Assembly: GCA_951406725.2 (NCBI GenBank)
Contig: OX597824.1
Location: 41,168,001-41,232,000, forward strand
Direction: 5' to 3'
Source of the DNA: Octopus vulgaris
Lineage: Eukaryota
Length of the DNA: 64,000 nucleotides
Of this stretch, positions 14,621 to 27,404 are shown piece after piece. The position numbers and the translations under genes are program-made. Position 1 is the first letter of the stretch. Each line of letters begins with the position of its first letter. Below the pieces are notes generated by a model. It saw only the letters and a program-made list of their open reading frames with translations. It searched no databases and had not been told where the DNA came from.

Positions 14621-14764
14621 TACGGATGTGTATGTGTATAGAAGAACATATCAATCAAAGGAATTTTAATTTTGATTTTCACGTTTTGTTTTCAATCTTA
14701 AAATAATATAATAAATTATAATATAATATAATGAAATGATAGAATATTAAATGTCCATTCTGAT

Positions 14765-14809
14765 TGAACTAGTACTTTCATGCATTAAACTATGCAATCT
14801 TCAGGTTCA
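14765..14809 (-). ncRNA. Type I hammerhead ribozyme (minimal, PLE-type)
   Basis: Reverse complement TGAAC-CTGAAGA-TTGCAT-AGTTTA-ATGCAT-GAAA-GTAC-TA-GTTCA; perfect 5-bp stem I, palindromic AGTACT stem III, CUA cleavage triplet. Confidence 0.8.
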
Positions 14810-15257
14810 TGTATTAGTGGTGACAGTTATGTTTTACAAGTGAGAAATGGCTAAAATGTGTGCCTTAAATACATGTTAAGTTTTGCAAACTGTATTTTGA
14901 CCAGTCAGTATGTGGCTTCACTCAATTACTAAAGTTGATTGGTGTTTGGCTTAAGCATCACGGTTTGTTGAATGTATCAAGAGACCTGTATTTTGACCCT
15001 GGCCTAAGCAGTAGTTGTTTAGCTATATTTTAGAAATGTTGTAGACATTTCCTAGAGATTTTTACATTTCAATTACATAACAATTATCATCACCTTTATT
15101 ATTGTTGTCGCGGGTGGTGGTAAGAGTAGCTGTGGTAATAGAACTTTAAACCCAAATTAAGATTATTTTAACTGACTTTTCTCTTAACTTATCTAGTATT
15201 TTTCTGCTATCGGCATCATGAGAAGTTTTAGTATTCTTGTGTTTAGTAGTGTAGTGG

Positions 15258-15640
15258 TGGAGGTGCAATGGCCCAGTGGTTAGGGCAGCGGACTCGCGGT
15301 CATAGGATCGCGGTTTCGATTCCCAGACCGGGCGTTGTGAGTGTTTATTGAGCGAAAACACCTAAAGCTCCACGAGGCTCCGGCAGGGGATGGTGGTGAT
15401 CCCTGCTGTACTCTTTCACCACAACTTTCTCTCACTCTTACTTCCTGTTTCTGTTGTACCTGTATTTCAAAGGGCCGGTCTTGTCACTCTCTGTGTCACG
15501 CTGAATATCCCCGAGAACTACGTTAAGGGTACACGTGTCTGTGGAGTGCTCAGACACTTACACGTTAATTTCACGAGCAGGCTGTTCCGTTGATTCGGAT
15601 CAACCGGAACCCTCGTCGTCGTAACCGACGGAGTGCTTCC
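15258..15640 (+). mobile_element. tRNA-derived SINE family C, tail type 1
   Basis: TGGAGGTGCAATGGCCCAGTGGTTAGGGCAGCGGACTCGCGG...GGTTTCGATTCCC; head shared with 36065 and 54787. Confidence 0.85.
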
Positions 15641-16003
15641 ATCCATTCCATCCATTGTAGTGGTAGTGGTTGTAGTAGTAGAAAAAAATACCTTCTAAGT
15701 GTTATTATTATTGTTTATTTAGTTTGGGTTGGGATTTATCATTTCAGTTCTTTTCTCTGATTTTTCTCTCGATTTCACTTGGACTGTGTATTTTGTGTGA
15801 TGGAAATATTATAAATATTTTCCGGCCACATGTTGTTAGATGGTTACTCAAAGGTGCATACGTGAATGCTTTGATATTTAATATTCTATCATTTCATTAT
15901 ATTACATTATCTTATTATGAGATTACAAATAAAACGTGAAAATCAGACAAAGCTGGAATTCCTTTGATTAATATAAATATACACATGCGCATATATATGT
16001 ATC

Positions 16004-16057
<54 letters not shown>

Positions 16058-16087
16058 CAAATATATATAATCATATATACATATATG

Positions 16088-16147
<60 letters not shown>

Positions 16148-16170
16148 ATATATACATTATATACATATAT

Positions 16171-16211
<41 letters not shown>

Positions 16212-16329
16212 TTCTGAATATATCTGTGTGTGTGACCGCGCATAGTGTAGTGGTTAAGGTGTTGCACACAGTCGCAAGCTCATGGCTCCCGTTCCTGGAC
16301 CGGGCAATGTTCATTAGTCGCAAAGTATA

Positions 16330-16730
16330 ACATAAAACAAATAAAGGAACGAAGGTATTGGTATCAATTTATTATCCAGTAACGATCATTTCAATAGCAA
16401 ATGGGATAGTTATATCATTACATACTGGGACATATATAAAGAGCAGTTAGCAAAATTTATTTGGGACCTATCAAGACATTTTATGATATTTACTACAAGG
16501 GAAAGTGCTTTTCCAACGCTGGGAAGAAAATTGCAAGAATATCTGTGGCCACCGACCTAATGAAAATTTACGTTACATTAATTGAAATTCTGTAATCCTC
16601 GAGCAATGCATATCTAAAATTTTTGCTTTGAAATTCTGATCATCCTTGTGCTGTGAATATGTAAACTCTTCGCCAATGAGGAACTATTTTTTTCAAAATG
16701 TCGATTATTACAAAAACTTCTTTAGCTAAA
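16330..16730 (+). mobile_element. Heavily decayed Penelope-like GIY-YIG remnant
   Basis: GCAGTTAGCAAAATTTATTTGGGACCTA gives AVSK/FIWDL across a frameshift, like PLE 'LSKYIWDL'; many stops. Confidence 0.4.
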
Positions 16731-16753
16731 GCTAGATACACTGATAAAATTGA

Positions 16754-16930
16754 TGTGGCTGTGTGGTAAGTAGCTTGCTTACGATCTACATGGTTCCGGG
16801 TTCAGTCCCACTGCGTGGCACCTTGGGCAAGTGTCTTCTACTCTAGCTTCGGGCCGACCAAAGCCTTGTGAGTGGATTTGGTAGACGGAATCTGAAAGAA
16901 GCTCGTCGTATATATGTATGTATGTATGTG

Positions 16931-17009
<79 letters not shown>

Positions 17010-17205
17010 GTGTGTGTGTGCGTATGTTTGTGTGTCTGACAACCGATGATGGTGTGTTTCTGTCCCCGAAAGCCAGCTGTTCGGCAAAAGAGACCGATAG
17101 AATAAGTACTAGGTTTACAAGGAATAAGTCCTGGGGTCGATTTGCTCGACTAAAAGCGGTGCTCCAGCATGGCCATGTCAAATGACTGAAACAAGTAAAA
17201 GAGTA
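16754..17205 (+). mobile_element. SINE family A, near full length with internal (TG)n
   Basis: GTGGCTGTGTGGTAAGTAGCTTGCTTAC...GGTTCAGTCCC...AAACAAGTAAAAGAG. Confidence 0.85.
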
Positions 17206-17589
17206 CATATCCATTTATGTAGTTTTTATTCCACCTAAGAATAGTTAGCTTTATTTCCGAAAATCATCGTGATTACAATACTGTTAATCTCAAAGTCAAA
17301 CAAGCATCTGGCTGGACTGGGAATTGTCGTAAGTCCACTATAGAAACAAGTGTCCATTGATATTTATTGAGGCATCTCTCAGGTTTAGGGTGTAAACGAA
17401 CCAAGTACCTTTAAAACTTTTCTCTGAAACCAAAATCACCCTTGTACTTCGAATGACTTATATCAGTTACTTCTCACTGCTGCTATGGGTAGTAGGAATA
17501 GATATAGGCACGCTAATATAAATGGCAATCGCAATCCCAACACCTTATATATTTGTAATGGAAACCCTAATTCAGGTCATATTACTTAC

Positions 17590-18400
17590 CGCTATAAAAA
17601 TAATGGAACACGTTATATAAGCAGAATATTTTGTGGTTTAAATCCCATTTCGGACTTTAGGTGGTCATGGATAAACTACAGTTTCTTTTTAGCATTGGAA
17701 AAACACTTTCCTCGTTCTAGTAAATATCGTAAATTATTGACTACCTACACAGATAAGTTTTCATAATCAACTCTATTTTAGCTTATAATATAGTCGCTAT
17801 TAACAATAAGAAATCAAACAACATTTGTTATTACGTACGTGATTATAATTATACTAGTAGTTTGTCTATCTCTGTCTCCTCTGTTAAACATGCCTCTCGA
17901 TCTTATATGAATATCACAATTGTTTCTGTGCTGCCTCTTAACAATAGCTTTGTTAATGATATTACAATTTTTTTTTTACTACCAAGTAAACCTGATAGCA
18001 TGTGTAACAGTAGTAACCAGTACCTCCGGATGAATATAGTATATAAATGTTTTGTCCAGACTCCTGATAAAGTATAATGCTATATCGGTGCCACAGCGTT
18101 AAAATTTAAATTCAGATGGAGTGATCACGTATATTTTTTTTCAATAAGCACACGTTACCTAATACATAATTAGCAAAATTTACATAAAACTTTAAACATA
18201 GAAACATTGATTACTGTATTTTGTGATTAGTTATAACAGTTATAATCAGTTATAACAGTACTTCTGTATCAAGGGGCTGGGGTGGGGGCAGTTGCAATTT
18301 ATGTTGCTTGAGGCACTTGAAATGCTAAGGTCTAAAATGTCCGGACTAATTAATAAGCATAATGAGTTATTAATCAGTGTTGACACAAATTAAATAGAAC
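17590..18400 (+). mobile_element. Penelope-like element remnant (RT thumb to GIY-YIG)
   Basis: FFLALEKHFPRSSKYRKLLT...KFS, then MNIVYKCFVQTPDKV*CYIGATALKFKFRWSDH (IVY...YIG...R..H). Confidence 0.75.
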
Positions 18401-18705
18401 CGTTTTAACGTTTCCATTTAGCTAACTTATATATTCTCACTGTTACTACCCGAGTTATCAATTATAACGGAGCTGTTGTTGAAAATATACAAGATCAAAG
18501 TTAAAATTGAGAAAATGAGCAAGTAAGTAAAAATGCCAAAATAACAGGAAAATAAAAAAGAAATTATATTTATCGTTTCCCAGATATTATACAAACTTGA
18601 TAACTTTTAATATGTACAATATGTTGTAATCAACGATTCACTCGTTATTATACAGTGTTATTTTCTATATTAAATGCTCTACCTAAGTTTACAAATGTTG
18701 TACAT

Positions 18706-18778
<73 letters not shown>

Positions 18779-20159
18779 TATTTACTCATGGCTACATAAT
18801 CTTGCAAACAAGTTATATACATTTTGTGAAGGGTGTCCAGGGACAGCATGTTTAGTGTATACAAAAATTACGCATTTACAACATTCAGTGCCAACGCTAC
18901 AAATGTATATAATATTCATTCACATTCACTGCAAAAGTTCTTGAAGAACAAAATTTCTTTTAAAGGCATGAGGTGGCACCAACACACCATCTAAATGTCT
19001 AAGTTGTAATTTCAAATTACCTCTAATTATTGTTCTGCCTAAATCAAGAAGTACATGCATGCAGTGTAAATAGGCTAAAGTTGAATATATTTGAGCGATT
19101 GTGTGTGTGTGTGTGTGTGTCAAAGCAGGGTCTTCCATCTAGGTAAAAGAACTAAACCCTTCACAAGACCTAGAGTGCTTCCCCAAAGTACGCCCACTAC
19201 CTATGGGTAGTGGGCGTACTCATTGCTCATCCAGTTACATAAACCATTCGGATCCATTTTTTCAGAGAACTTGCCATGGAGAAGCACCTTCTTTGCTCAA
19301 TTTCCATTTCGATTGGTACTTGTAAAAAACCAAATGGATGTTGGGTCTTTGAAAATTGACCACATCCGTGAACTGAAATTGTCTGGAAGTTCTCTAAGCT
19401 GATTTTCAACACCCTCAGTATATTTCAAAAAATCGTTTCTCTTTCTTCCTCCCCTTCCCTCGCTCATTCCTGCCACTAACGTTCTTTAGAATCAAGATAT
19501 GACGTTCCAATCGCATTATTTCTCGACAGGTGATTTAATGCTTCGAGATTACAGATTGTTTGGTTTAAATATTATGTATAATAAGTTAACTAGCCTTATA
19601 TTGGGAGCGACTGTTAAGGATGAATTTTTGGAAATCTTTCCTATATTTATCTAATGTAAGACTGTTTGGGATACTGCAAAATCATTATCCTTTGCATAGA
19701 CAAAGTCGAGCAAGATTATGTCTATAGTTAATTACTCTAACCGTGCTCTCATATTAAAAAAAAGTTCGCAATATAAGTAGAATATCTAATATACGATATG
19801 TCATGTACTAAGTTATAAGTGATAGGCAGAAATTTCACCAATAGTTGGTTGGTTGGTTAGTTGGTACTGTTATTTTAACCCCATTTCAGTTCTGATTAGA
19901 CACAGCTACCAGGTCGTGAAACAACATAGAGACACCATCGAGGGCTTATGCAATCCTCTCGTTGGCTCGTTGTACAGTTTAGTCAAACGAGGAAAAGGTA
20001 GTAACTTCATATAAGACAATATACAGTAAAACGTAGTTATCTCAATGCATTGGAAAAGTGAGTGTAAAGAAGCAGTTTAAAAGAGGGTGTAGAGAATCAC
20101 TCTAACCCAAACACTTGCAGAAAATATACATAGAAAATGCAATATCATATATATATAGC

Positions 20160-20640
20160 ACCTTACTGTAAAAATGAAAAGTAAGGAGAAATTTCTTCGC
20201 CTAAATTAAAAGAATTATTTTTCAGAATCATAAATGCAACAAATGTTTAACAACAATAACGTCAAAGTCAGTTACAGCTGTACGGAAAATATCGGCAGCA
20301 TGATAATGATGAATTTCGGAAAGACGTGGCCTAATACTACCGGGGAAGATAAATGTAATAGCAGGAGAAATTCTCAGTTAAAACAATATTTAAAAAGCGA
20401 AGATAAAAATCTCAGTTGAGTAGCATAGAAATAATGACATATTATATTGGTATGAGCGAAGGCAGGTTTAAAAATTGCTCACTCATAGATCCATCTTTAG
20501 AAATGAAGAAATAAGGAATATTATTGTTTTATCCATGTAGTTTTAGTTATTCTTTCTATATCACTAGAAAGAACGATGAATTGACTATTTCAATATTAGC
20601 TGATCAATCATCAAACGTAATACATCCTGTATAAAACGAA
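20160..20640 (+). mobile_element. Penelope-like element remnant
   Basis: MFNNNNVKVSYSCTENIGSMI (PLE 'FNRNNVKVSYSC..NI..II') and downstream IIGMSEGRFKN. Confidence 0.75.
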
Positions 20641-20989
20641 ATCATTAACAGTGCCCTTCCTCGTTGGACTAAACCATGCTACAAGCCAGTAAAAGGATTG
20701 CACGAGCCGTCGAGAGCGCCTCTATGCTGTTCCACGAACAATGAACGAACAAACGAACGAACGAACAAACCAACCACCTACTGGTGAAATTTCTGCCTAT
20801 CACTTATCACAAATAATAATAGATAAATAAAGCACAGAATTACCATTATCATCACCGTACTCAATACTTCTATCACTGTAATCACTTCTACTCTTACCAT
20901 CGCTACTTCCACCGCTACTAGTTTTTACCACTGCCTAGCTACCATTTTTACCAGTGCTACCAAAACTATCGTCTCAAACCACAATCATT

Positions 20990-21218
20990 GCGAACTGGTA
21001 GAATCGTTTGCGTACCGGACAAAATATTTAGCGGCATTTCGTCCGTCTTAATGTTCTGAGTTCAAATTCCACCGAGGTTGACTTCGTCTTTCATCCTTTT
21101 GGGGGGTTGATAAAATAAGTACCAGTTGAGTACACTGAGGGGTGAGGGGTTGGTGTAATCAGCTAGTCCCCACCACCACAAAATTTCAGGTTTTGTGCCT
21201 ACAGTAGAAAGGATTATT
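20990..21218 (+). mobile_element. SINE family B
   Basis: GCGAACTGGTAGAATCGTT...GAGTTCAAATTCC...AAAGGATTATT. Confidence 0.8.
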
Positions 21219-21379
21219 AGTGTCACTTTCACCACCACCACCACCACTACCACCACCACCACCACCACCACCACCGCCGCCGCCGCCACCACCACCACCA
21301 CCACCACCATCACCACCGCCGTCGTACCACATCATCATCTTCATTATTACAACTACCATCATCGACGTCCATTAGCCAG

Positions 21380-21432
<53 letters not shown>

Positions 21433-21825
21433 CACTCTCTCTCTCTCACATATGCACACTTAATGCACACACATACACACAAAAACCATCGGTATTACCT
21501 TATTACCTCCACCAACGACACGCCACTATTATTACAGTCCCAACTTGGGGAGGAATAGTATTACAATAATCGCCACCACCGCCGCTGCAGCCACAAACAC
21601 CACAATCACCACACCACCACCACTACTACCATTATCACCACCACCATCACCATCTCTTCCTCCTCCACTACTATCATTATCACCACCGTACCAGCACCAC
21701 CACCATCAATACGACCACTGCTGCCAACATCATAAATCTCGTCATAGAATGCCGTTTATTTAGCAGCCCAAGAAGTGTTTGTCAGTAAACCAATGCTGAC
21801 CTGTAAAAGAGAAAGAATGAAAGAA

Positions 21826-21879
<54 letters not shown>

Positions 21880-22077
21880 AGACATACAGAGTGAGTGAGA
21901 GAGCGAGAGGGAGGGAGAAAATGAGGGAGGTATGGGCTGGGTATGCAGAATGAAGAAATAAAAAGGACGAAAGAAAATGAAACAAAACAAGCAAGGAACC
22001 ATAATTAATGACGTCAGTAAATCAGATGTCACCGGAAGTGACCAGCTGTATCCACTGGAGACAATTGAATCGTATAT

Positions 22078-22114
<37 letters not shown>

Positions 22115-22177
22115 TACATACATACATACATACATACATACATACATACATACATACATACATACATACATACAAAT

Positions 22178-22226
<49 letters not shown>

Positions 22227-22342
22227 CACACACATATTATAAATGTATGTGTATATATTTGTATTTATTTATGCACGCGTGCATATACATAGATACATAC
22301 ATACAAACATGCATATATATGTACATACATGTATCTATGATA

Positions 22343-22389
<47 letters not shown>

Positions 22390-23562
22390 ATGAATAAATT
22401 GACAGTGGAAAAGAAAGATAGATAGGTAAGTAGATAGATGGAGAGAGAGGGAGAGAGGGATAGAAAAAGAGAGGAAAAACATCTAGCTACCAAACTACAT
22501 ATACTCTAGCAGATAAACATGCCATATCGAGCGATGTTATCTGTTTGCTGTCTCTGTCTCTATGTCATTTTTATTTTATCTGTTATATTTTGTCCAATTT
22601 GCAACCCATCTGTGCCATAAGGAATGAACAGAACATTGCAAAGAGAACTAGAAATAAAAGATCGATTTTTAGCAACCGTCCATCGTTACAGTATGATATA
22701 CGTAGCGATAAAATCCTCAAAAGTTGTTTCAAGAAATATAGCGAGTATCTTTCATGAAAGGAGATTGTATAAGACGATACCTTCCAAGAATACAAAGGAA
22801 CCTATAGATTTAGAAGGCTTTATTTCATTATACCGTGTTATTTTTTCGTTTCCTTTAATTAAAATCTTTTTATTTAAAAAAAAAAAAGAATTCTTTCAAC
22901 GATTCAAAAATGTTTAATCTTCTCGTCAATGCGTAGAAATTACAACTTCTGGTATGTTGTCAATGGAGTCTCTAAGTTGACTAAAATTTCAAACTTTAAG
23001 GACTTGTAACTTTTTGTTATTAATTTATATAGAAAATGCATGGGGTTTTCTTCACCAACATTCAAAGCTACATCGGTAGAGAAGATTTGAAAAAATTCTG
23101 TCAGTAGGAGAATTTTTAAAAAGATCCGATGAAAATGCATCTATGTAAAACATAACAGTATGATAAATCATGTTCATTGTAAATAGCGAGAATAAGAACG
23201 ATGTCACACAAATACTTCATACTTTCCGGCAGATTCGAACGTGAATAAAGTAAAGAAAAATATATAAATCATCGTTCCGTTTCTCGCTGGTCACGATTTA
23301 TTATCGGTTGGCAAGCATCAGAAAATAATTTGCTTGCTTAACTTATAAAAAAGAGCTACAAACTTTTGTTAGTTTCTTAGTCCGGGAAAACTATAACTGA
23401 AGAGACAAAACGTTGTCGAAACAGAGGTGTCCCATGTCGAATGTGTTATGAACACATAACCGTCTGAAAAGAGAAGCTGTTCTTCGATGACGAAATACAA
23501 TAGAAATTAGCACGTTCAAATCTGTCAGAACTTATTTAGAATGATTAAGTATTATCGCCTTG

Positions 23563-23850
23563 TGTGTGTGGATTTGGTAGACGGAAAATGAAAGATACCC
23601 GTTGTATATGTATATATTTATGTGTGTGAGTGTCTTGTGTCTGTTTGTCCACCCACGTCGCTTGACAACCGATGGTGCTGTGTTTACGCCCCCGTAACCT
23701 AACGGTTCGGCAAAAGAGTCCGATAGAATAAGTACTAAGCTTAAAAAGAATAAGTCCTGGATCGATTTCTTTGAATAAAAACTCTTTAAGGTGGTGCTAC
23801 AGCATGGCCGCAGTCAAATGACTGACTCAAATAAAAGAATAAAAGAATAT
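23563..23850 (+). mobile_element. SINE family A, 5'-truncated
   Basis: GTGGATTTGGTAGACGGAAA...CAGCATGGCCGCAGTCAAATGACTGA. Confidence 0.8.
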
Positions 23851-23974
23851 ATACACAGATAGATAGGCAGGCAGATAAAAATAAAAAGACAGATAGATAG
23901 ATAGAAATAGACAGTCAGACAGATAATTAGATAGGGGGAGAGACGGACTGACAAAGAGGAAGATCGAGCAAGCC

Positions 23975-24050
<76 letters not shown>

Positions 24051-24478
24051 TGATAGATAGACGGAGGGAAGAATGAGAAATTTAGACATAGAGAGACAGA
24101 GAGAAAGAGTCAGATAGATACTCAGGCATATAAAGAGATAGAAGGATAAAAATAAAAATAAATAGCTAAATGAAAATTTGCAACAAAAATGCAGAAGATG
24201 CAGATGGTGTGTCACCGTAAGATGTTGAGAAGGGGGATGGGTTAAAGTGAATATTTATGGTCAAATCATCCCCGGTTGTTAGAAAAAAAAATATAATAAA
24301 AAATGAATTTCAAACATCTACAAAGTTTTTTTTTAGTTTTATTTTGTTTGATTATCTAAGCAAAGAAAGAATGGCGTACGAAAATGATGAACACGCCCAT
24401 CCATCCATCCATCCATCCATCCACACACGCATGCATACTTACATACATGTATACTTGCATGCATACATACATGCATAC

Positions 24479-25153
24479 TAGTAGTGGCTCGAGTATAGTC
24501 ACTGCGGAACTGCAGCACCCCCTATTTCCAGTCGATATTATCGATAATTTTCAATATAACGAGTCCTTTTTTCTTTACTTCTTTCTTTATACTTGTATAT
24601 TATATGATCCTTAAACTTAATGTTAGTAGCCATCCCCTAGTTTATGAAAAAAAAAAAAAAGAAAAAATTCAAAAATCCTTGTATAGAACTGCGTTTCCCT
24701 GTTCCAGCGACGCAGTGTTTGGATGTTGTGCACATGCTCACATGTTCGAGATAGGAAGCTGCACGCTAGGGAGAAAGAACACTGTGGTTTACTCACTGCC
24801 GACCCTGGTGTGCTGGTGAAAGATAGTGTTTCTTTTTGACTTCGCATGTGTTATGCTTAAAAACGTGTTTATATTCTTGAATGTGTTAAAGTGTAGAATT
24901 AGATTATTATCCTGCTTCCATCTACAGTGTTGCTGCCGGGATCTTAAAAATAGAGCAACTTTTTTCCCCACTTATTTTGTGATTTGGGTGGGAGTTTTTT
25001 GAAAAACAAGGGGAAATTCGCAGCGGTGTTCAGTGAACAAATTAGACACACTACCCGGCAGTGGCTAAAACATTAAAACAACATTAAAACAACAGCTAAA
25101 AATTTTCTGAAGCAGCACCCCCCCCAACTAATTTTATCTACTAGCCGCCACTA
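24479..25153. mobile_element. hAT-type non-autonomous DNA transposon
   Basis: Imperfect TIR TAGTAGTGGCTCG / rc TAGTGGCGGCTAG; 8-bp TSD ATGCATAC/ATACATAC (within a microsatellite); subterminal GCAGCACCCCC repeats. Confidence 0.6.
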
Positions 25154-25259
25154 ATACATACATACATACATACACACGCACACACACATACACACATGCA
25201 TACATACATACATACATACATACATACATACATACATACATACATACATACATACATAC

Positions 25260-25467
25260 ATGTGACCGCGCGTATACCGTTGGTGATTTTTTTCCTCCGT
25301 CTTCCCTTCTCTGGATCTTTTCTTTTCCTATGTTTCTGACGAAGAGCTCCGCTCGAAACGTAAAACCCTCCTTCTTCCCTTCCTTCCCGAGCGTCCAATA
25401 ATACTATATTTGTTCCACGTCCTCGCGTTGTTGTGTTTTCTCTTTGTGTTTTCATGTTTGGATTAAC

Positions 25468-25470
<3 letters not shown>
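25260..25470 (+). mobile_element. ~200-bp hammerhead-bearing mini-element (PLE pLTR-like) embedded in (TACA)n
   Basis: GTTT-CTGACGA-A-GAGC-TCC-GCTC-GAAA-CG-TA-AAAC at 25332-25366; homologous to 34640-34830 and 48400-48601. Confidence 0.7.
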
Positions 25471-25499
<29 letters not shown>

Positions 25500-26095
25500 C
25501 ATACATACATACATACATACATACATACATACATACATACAAACCGTAACGTAACGTAATGTAACATAACGTACATACACAACAAACAGACAAGATAATA
25601 TCTCTGAAAAAAAAAAAAAAAGAAAACAGAGGAAAGGGACAACTAGGGACAACTGCTTCGAAACCTTCAGCTTCTATATCCAGATAAATTCACATTTATA
25701 CCAACAATTATCGATGCACTTGGTTTTGTGAGTAAATGCCTTAAGTGACAATCTGTATAAGCTTGGGCTTCGAGAGAAAAGAAATCAACCAGTTAATTCG
25801 CATATTACAAAAATACAGTCTGAAAGTAGAACAGTTAAAAAATATTTAAGATTTTTCTCAAGTTTAAAATGTGAATTTGTTCTTATTACCCACATTACAA
25901 CGATAGACTTATGTATCTTTGTTAGAAGCCAGCTCTTTTCTTAGAGGAAGATTGCAAATAATTAAAAAAAAGGAAACATAACACATATGCCTTCATACGT
26001 AAATATACACATACAAACGAACATATATAAATATTTCCATATTTAACTTATTAAATGCATTACATATATGGCATCTATGTATTGATTCATATACG

Positions 26096-26188
26096 CGGGA
26101 TTGCTTACAAACACTCACGTGAACATCGGGATTGTTTACAAACACTCACGTGAACATCGGGATTGCTTACAGACACTCACGTGAACAT
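26096..26188. repeat. Three-copy 31-bp tandem repeat, each unit with TCACGTGA
   Basis: CGGGATTGCTTACAAACACTCACGTGAACAT x3 with single substitutions. Confidence 0.9.
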
Positions 26189-26304
26189 AGCCGTAAATAT
26201 ACACACATATACATAGATACATATCAAAGTACATACATACATTCATACATTCACATATAATATATATATACATAAGCTTAGACACTCATATTTACGTCAG
26301 CATT

Positions 26305-26391
<87 letters not shown>

Positions 26392-26419
26392 GATTGTCTG
26401 TCTGTCTGTCTGTCTTTTA

Positions 26420-26629
26420 TTTGTTTCAGTTATTAGACTGCTGCCATGCTGGGGCACCTCCTTGAATTTTTAGTCGAATGAATCCACTCCAGTACTTCCT
26501 TTTTTTTTTTAGCCTGGTACTTATTCTATCGGTTGATTTGCCGAACCGCCTGGTTACGGGATCGTAAACATACCAACACCGGTTGTCAAGCGGTAAAGCT
26601 GGGACAAACAGACACAAACACACACTAGC

Positions 26630-26683
<54 letters not shown>

Positions 26684-26845
26684 GACGGGCGTCTTTCTGT
26701 TTCCGTCTACCAAATTCACTCATAATGGTTTGGTCGGCCCGAGGATAAAGTAGAAGACACTTGTCTAAGGTGTCACTCAGTGGGACTGAACCCGGAACCA
26801 TGTGGTTGGTAAGCAAGCTCCTTACTACACACCCACTCCTGTGCC
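26420..26845 (-). mobile_element. SINE family A with internal (TA)n
   Basis: Reverse complement of the 16754-17205 type. Confidence 0.85.
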
Positions 26846-26847
26846 TG

Positions 26848-26904
<57 letters not shown>

Positions 26905-26949
26905 GCACGCACACACACACACATACACACACTACACACACACACACAT

Positions 26950-27375
26950 TCTTTTATTCTTTTACATGTTTTAGTCGTTTGACTGCAGCCATGCTGGGAC
27001 AAATCAACCCCAAGAGTTTTTTTTTTAAAGCCTGGTACTTATTCGACCGATCTCTCTTTGCCGAATAGTATATTTTTAAAACCAGGTACTTATTCTATTG
27101 GTTTCTCTTTGCCGAACCGCTAAGTTGTGGGGACATAAACATATCAACACTGGTTGTCAAACGGTATTGGGGGACAATCACAGACATAAAGACACACACA
27201 CACACGCATAAACATATACATATATACATAGACGACGGGCTTCTTTCAGTTTCCATCTACCAAATCCAATCACAAGGCTATGGAAGAAGACACTTGCCCA
27301 AGATGCCATGTAGTGGGACTGAACCAGGAACCATGCGGTTGGGAAGCAAGCGTCTTATCACACAGCTACACCTGC
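26950..27375 (-). mobile_element. SINE family A with internal partial duplication
   Basis: Reverse-complement homology; GGTACTTATTC...TCTCTTTGCCGAA block occurs twice. Confidence 0.8.
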
Positions 27376-27404
27376 TGTACTCCAGCTTTACTGGTTTTCA
27401 CACA

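Noticed and set aside
15258-15335. tRNA gene-like sequence (also at other SINE heads)
   Set aside because: Continues into a repeated SINE body; no complete cloverleaf or terminator
18780-19100. Minus-strand Cys-rich, transposase-like C-terminal relic
   Set aside because: Similarity too weak and interrupted to assign
23397-23435. Hammerhead core CTGAAGA-GACAA-AACG-TTGTC-GAAA-CA..TG-TC
   Set aside because: Stem I cannot pair (TATAA vs CCATG); counted only as a relic
26096-26188. CRISPR-like 31-bp repeats
   Set aside because: Head-to-tail with no spacers, eukaryotic context, no cas genes
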